Assembly (NCBI GenBank): GCA_965237415.1
Contig: CBDEFM010000002.1
Location: 512,001 to 576,000, forward strand
DNA: 64,000 nucleotides
Direction: 5' to 3'
Source: Alphaproteobacteria bacterium
Lineage (GTDB): Bacteria; Pseudomonadota; Alphaproteobacteria; UBA828
In this document: positions 59,680 to 64,000 of the stretch, piece after piece
Numbering within the stretch: position 1 is the first letter of the stretch
Layout: each line of letters opens with the position of its first letter
Translations under genes and position numbers: made by a program
The notes under the pieces: generated by a model
What the model saw: only the letters and a program-made list of their open reading frames with translations
Told to the model about the DNA's origin: nothing
The model's database searches: none

Positions 59680-60573
59680 ATGGCCGCCGCTGCCGATGAA
59701 GGGGTGACGGCCGCCGCCCGCCGCGGCGCCCGCCCCGACGCCTACGCGCTTTTCTGGGGCCTGCCGCTCGCCCTCTGGCAGGGCGCGTTCCTCCTGGCGC
59801 CGCTCGCCTTCCTCGTCGTGATGACCTTCTGGTCGGTGAAGAACTTCCGGCTCGATCCCGGTTTCGACACCGTCAACTGGGTCAACATGTGGAGCAAGGG
59901 CTATGTCGTTGACACGTATCTGCGCACCCTCGGCTACGGCGCGCTTGCGGCCGCGGTGTGCAGCGTAGTGGCCTTTCCCGCGGCCTACGCGCTCGCCTTC
60001 AAGGTGTCGCCCGCGACCCGCCGCCTCGGGGTCTTCCTGCTCATCACGCCGTTCTTCACAAGCTATATCGTGCGCATCTATTCCTGGCAGCCGGTGCTCT
60101 CGGAGAGCGGCATCCTGAATACCATTTTCGCTCACCTCGGCTTCGGCCCGGTGGCGATGCTGAACACGCTGTTCGGCACCCTCATCGGCTATCTGACGCT
60201 CTGCCTGCCTCTGGTGATCCTGCTTCAGCTCTTCAGCCTCGCGAATGTCGACCGCAGCCTGATCGAAGCGGCCCACAATCTCGGCTGCGGGCGGATCAGG
60301 ACCATATTTCTGGTGATCATCCCCTCGGCGAAGGTTGGCCTAATCCTGGCGGCGACTTTTACCTTCATTCTGTGCTTCGGCGATTTCGTGAGTCCCGTGA
60401 GCCTCGGCGGAAGCAAGCCGCCGACACTCAGTATTCTGATCGTGGACACGGTGAAGCAGGGCAATCACTGGCCGCGCGCGGCGGTGGTCGCGGTCACCAT
60501 GGTGGTCACGCTGATCGTGGTCGCCTTCACCGCGCTCTATTTCGCCTACGGCCAGGGGCGGGCGCGCCGGTGA
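59680..60573 (+). CDS. PotB-like ABC permease
   Basis: PFFTSYIVR, EAAHNLG, GDFVSP, WPRAA. Confidence 0.88.
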   Translation: MAAAADEGVTAAARRGARPDAYALFWGLPLALWQGAFLLAPLAFLVVMTFWSVKNFRLDPGFDTVNWVNMWSKGYVVDTYLRTLGYGALAAAVCSVVAFPAAYALAFKVSPATRRLGVFLLITPFFTSYIVRIYSWQPVLSESGILNTIFAHLGFGPVAMLNTLFGTLIGYLTLCLPLVILLQLFSLANVDRSLIEAAHNLGCGRIRTIFLVIIPSAKVGLILAATFTFILCFGDFVSPVSLGGSKPPTLSILIVDTVKQGNHWPRAAVVAVTMVVTLIVVAFTALYFAYGQGRARR

Positions 60574-61379
60574 GCCTCGACCGCCTCATCCGCGGCAGCC
60601 TTCTCGGCTATGTGGGCATCGCGCTCGGTTTCGTTTTCGTGCCTATCGTGATCAGCTTCATCTTCTCCTTCAACGAGGGCCGCTTCCCCATCCTGCCGAT
60701 CGAGAACTTCTCGACGGTCTGGTACGAAGCGATCTGGAACGAGGCGCCGGTGCCGCGCGCCTTTCGCTTCAGCATCATCGTCGGCCTCTCGGTCGCGGCC
60801 ATCTCCACCTTCATCGGCTTCGCGACCGCGTATACCGATTTCCGCTACCGCTTCCTCGGCAAGAACGTCTACCTCGCCCTGGCCCTGTTGCCGCCCACGA
60901 TCCCGGTGCTGATCCTGGGGCTCGTCATGCTGATGTTCTTGGGCCGAGTGAGTCTGGTCGGTGAGCTCCATTCGGTGATCTTCGCCCACGTCGTTTACTG
61001 CACACCCTTCGCCATGGCGTTGATCCGGCTCCGCCTCTCGCAGATGGACCCGGACCTGGAGTGCGCCGCGTGGAATCTCGGCGCCGATAACTGGCGGGGG
61101 ATGCTCTACGTCATCCTGCCCTTCACCATGCCTTCGATCTTTGCGGCGCTTTTCCTCACCGCGGCGGTGTCGTTCGATGAGTTCATGATCGCCTTCTTCG
61201 TCGGCGGCGTGAACGAGACGCTGCCCGTGCGCGTGCTCAACATGATGCAGGGGCAGGTGAGCCCCCGGATCAACGCCGTCGGCAGCGTCGTCTTCGCGGT
61301 ATCCATCACGCTCGTTATTCTGGCGCAGGTCTTTCTGCTGACCCGCCGCGGCACCGGCCGCCTCACGGTACCGGTGTAG
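60570..61379 (+). CDS. PotC-like ABC permease
   Basis: FSFN, AAWNLGA, SFDEF, TLP, P.INA. Confidence 0.88.
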   Translation: MSLDRLIRGSLLGYVGIALGFVFVPIVISFIFSFNEGRFPILPIENFSTVWYEAIWNEAPVPRAFRFSIIVGLSVAAISTFIGFATAYTDFRYRFLGKNVYLALALLPPTIPVLILGLVMLMFLGRVSLVGELHSVIFAHVVYCTPFAMALIRLRLSQMDPDLECAAWNLGADNWRGMLYVILPFTMPSIFAALFLTAAVSFDEFMIAFFVGGVNETLPVRVLNMMQGQVSPRINAVGSVVFAVSITLVILAQVFLLTRRGTGRLTVPV

Positions 61380-61391
61380 GAGCAACGCGCG

Positions 61392-62477
61392 ATGGCTGAA
61401 CCCCTGCTGGTTCTCGACGGGCTGAGCAAGCGCTTCGGCGAGCAGGAGGCCGTGCGCGGGATCGACCTGGAGATCGCCGAGGGCGAGTTCATCGCGCTCA
61501 TGGGGCCGTCCGGCTGCGGCAAGACCACTACGTTGCGCATGATCGCGGGCCTCGAAGAGCCTACCAGCGGCGAGGTACGGCTGGCGGGCGAGCGCGTCAA
61601 CGAACGCAAGCCCTGGGAGCGCGACACGCCCATGGTGTGGCAGAGCCTCGCGCTCTTTCCCCATTTAAGCGTGCGCGGGAACGTCGAATTCGGCCTCAAG
61701 ATGCGCGGCTTGCGAGCCAAGGAACGGCGCGCAAGGGCGCTCAAATGGCTGGAGCAAGTGGGCATCGCTGACTTCGCGAACCGCAACATCGCGCAGTTAT
61801 CGGGCGGCGAGCGTCAGCGTGTGGCGCTCGCCCGCGCACTGGTGACCGAGCCGCGAATTCTCTTGTTGGACGAGCCGCTGAGCGCGCTCGACGCCCACCT
61901 CAGGGTCCGCATGCAGGCCGAGATCGCCCAGCTTCAGCGCCGGCTCGGCATCACCTTCGTCTACGTGACCCACAACCAATCCGAGGCCTTCGCCATGGCG
62001 AGCCGTGTCGTCATCATGGATCACGGCCTAATTCAGCAGATCGGCGCTCCGCGCGAAGTCTACCGCGTACCTGCTAACCGCTTCGTCGCGGAGTTCGTGG
62101 GCACCAACAACATCATCGAGGGGAGCGTGCGCGCTGTCGAGGGCGCGCGTATCGGTGTTGAGACGGCGCATGGCAGAATCGAGGCTGCGATGCCGACGGG
62201 GCGTGCGCCGGCCGTGGGCGATTCGCTCAATCTCGTCGTGAGCGGCGACCGGGTCGCCTTGCCTGCGCAGACAGACGTGCACAGCAACGCCGTCACCGGC
62301 ACCCTGATCAGCGAGGAGTTCATCGGCTCGGTGGTGACGCTGCACCTCGATATCGGCGGCGGCGCGGTATTTCGCGTCCAGAAGCAGGCGCACGAACTCG
62401 ACACCATCGACATTACGCCGGGGCAAACGTTTCACGCGTCGTGGCGGGCGGAAGACACTTATGTGCTGCCGACGTAA
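61392..62477 (+). CDS. PotA-like ABC ATP-binding protein
   Basis: GPSGCGKTT, LSGGERQR, LLDEPLSALD. Confidence 0.9.
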   Translation: MAEPLLVLDGLSKRFGEQEAVRGIDLEIAEGEFIALMGPSGCGKTTTLRMIAGLEEPTSGEVRLAGERVNERKPWERDTPMVWQSLALFPHLSVRGNVEFGLKMRGLRAKERRARALKWLEQVGIADFANRNIAQLSGGERQRVALARALVTEPRILLLDEPLSALDAHLRVRMQAEIAQLQRRLGITFVYVTHNQSEAFAMASRVVIMDHGLIQQIGAPREVYRVPANRFVAEFVGTNNIIEGSVRAVEGARIGVETAHGRIEAAMPTGRAPAVGDSLNLVVSGDRVALPAQTDVHSNAVTGTLISEEFIGSVVTLHLDIGGGAVFRVQKQAHELDTIDITPGQTFHASWRAEDTYVLPT

Positions 62478-62512
62478 CCGAGTTGCGGCGGACGTAGGGG
62501 AGGGGTGAGAGC

Positions 62513-64000
62513 ATGTCGATACTGATCGAGGGTGCCACCATCGTCTCGATGGACCCGGACCACGGGAGCGAGCCGTTTCAGGGCAACATCCTGATCGAGG
62601 GGGATCGCATTGCCGCCATCGGCGAGACTAGCACCGACGTCGAGGCCGAACGCGTCATCTCCGGGCAGGGAAAGCTGGTGATCCCGGGCCTCATCAACGG
62701 CCACATCCACACGCCGGAGGCTTTCGCCAAGGGACGCTACGACAACATGCCGTTGGAGCTGTGGATGACGCTCGCCTATGGCATCCTCGGCGCTGCCGAG
62801 CTCACCCCGCGCATGATCTATCTGCGCTCCGCGCTCTGCGCCATGGACGCGATCAAGACCGGCGTCACGTTCTTCTCCGACGACATCCTGGAATTCCCGC
62901 TCCAGTCCATGGAGACCCTCGGCGCGGTCTTCCAGGCCTACGAAGATGTCGGGCTCCGCGCCTCGATCTCCGGCCACGTGATCGACCGCAAGCTGCCTGA
63001 CACGATCGTCTATCTGAACGACCATCTGCCGGGCGATCTGAAGAGCGAGATCGACGAGATGGTGCCGCCGACCGCGGACGAGTTCACCGCCTTCTGCGAG
63101 GAGGCGCTTTCCCTCTATCACAACCGCGCCGGCAGGCTCCGCTTCATGCCGGCGCCCTCCGGCCCCCAGCGCTGCACCGTGCCCCTGATGCGCGCGGCCG
63201 ACGAGTTCGCCCAGGCGAATGGATTGCCCTTCCACACCCACATCCTCGAATCGAAGGTGCAGGCGGTCACCGGCCGCGAGCTCTACGGCAAGACGCTGAT
63301 CCGCTACATGCACGATCTCGGCCTGCTCACCCGCAACACAACCATCGCCCACGGTATCTGGCTCACCGACGATGACATCGCGCTGATGGGCGAGGCGCGC
63401 TGCTCGGTGGTGCATAACGCGCTCTCCAACCTCAAGCTGGGCTCGGGCATCTGCCCGGTGCGCCGCTTGTTGGATTCCGGTGTCAATCTGGCGCTCGGCT
63501 CGGACGGGATTTCCACCAGCGACACGCCGCGCATGTTCAGCGTGATGCAGTGCGCGGGCCTGATGCACAACATCTCCTCACCGGACAACTCGTATTGGCT
63601 CGACGCCCACGAGGTGCTCCATGCGGCGACCCTCGGCGGCGCCTACAGCGTGCTCATGGAGGACGAGATCGGCTCGCTGGAGCCCGGCAAGCGCGCGGAC
63701 ATGGCGATCCTCGACATGCGCACGGCCAACTTCACGCCGCTCAACGACGTGCGCAACCACCTCGTCTATTGCGAGAACGGCTCTTCGGTCGAGACGGTGA
63801 TCGTCAACGGCGAGATCATGGTGGAGGACGGCACGCTCACACGGGTCGACGAGGTCGCGCTGATGGACGAGCTGCGCGACATGATGCCCACGATCAAGGC
63901 CGATCAGGAACGGCTCGAGGCGAAGAACAAGGCGTTCATCCCGCCGCTCGCCGAGGTCTGGCGCCGCTGCGCCCAGACCGATATCGGCATCAACCGCTGG
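62513..64000 (+). CDS. Metal-dependent amidohydrolase/deaminase (AtzA/TrzA/MTA-SAH deaminase-like), 3'-truncated
   Basis: Read manually, open to window end: PGLINGHIH, HTHILES, IAHG, SNLKLGSG, LGSDG, GSLEPGKRAD. Confidence 0.9.
   Translation, partial: MSILIEGATIVSMDPDHGSEPFQGNILIEGDRIAAIGETSTDVEAERVISGQGKLVIPGLINGHIHTPEAFAKGRYDNMPLELWMTLAYGILGAAELTPRMIYLRSALCAMDAIKTGVTFFSDDILEFPLQSMETLGAVFQAYEDVGLRASISGHVIDRKLPDTIVYLNDHLPGDLKSEIDEMVPPTADEFTAFCEEALSLYHNRAGRLRFMPAPSGPQRCTVPLMRAADEFAQANGLPFHTHILESKVQAVTGRELYGKTLIRYMHDLGLLTRNTTIAHGIWLTDDDIALMGEARCSVVHNALSNLKLGSGICPVRRLLDSGVNLALGSDGISTSDTPRMFSVMQCAGLMHNISSPDNSYWLDAHEVLHAATLGGAYSVLMEDEIGSLEPGKRADMAILDMRTANFTPLNDVRNHLVYCENGSSVETVIVNGEIMVEDGTLTRVDEVALMDELRDMMPTIKADQERLEAKNKAFIPPLAEVWRRCAQTDIGINRW

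Overview
GC-rich alphaproteobacterial chromosome segment, probably Rhodospirillales-like: it has chvIG, pckA, pepA-holC, gshA-rsmE/ubiA, hisB-H-A-F-E-hinT, and a tRNA-His that keeps G-1/C73. About 63 CDSs and one tRNA. No CRISPR array, integrase, transposase or phage gene is recognisable. Housekeeping genes are interleaved with accessory modules: (i) a secreted glycine-zipper protein with four 21-22 aa His/Gln/Arg repeats behind a CpxR-like box; (ii) a CitE-like lyase, an atypical AbfD/HpaB-family flavoprotein and two tandem SnoaL/BaiE-like proteins; (iii) a four-gene wHTH operon with a palindromic operator and a secreted protein ending in CxxCY; (iv) two Tat-dependent ABC importers; (v) an OoxAB/HcnABC-type dehydrogenase; (vi) scattered gamma-glutamyl-cycle genes. 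Non-coding or unannotated items include a 10-bp-phased GGGAT array, a ROSE-like thermometer upstream of hsp20, and a 43-aa membrane microprotein absent from the ORF track. All functional calls are by motif recognition only; no searches were run.
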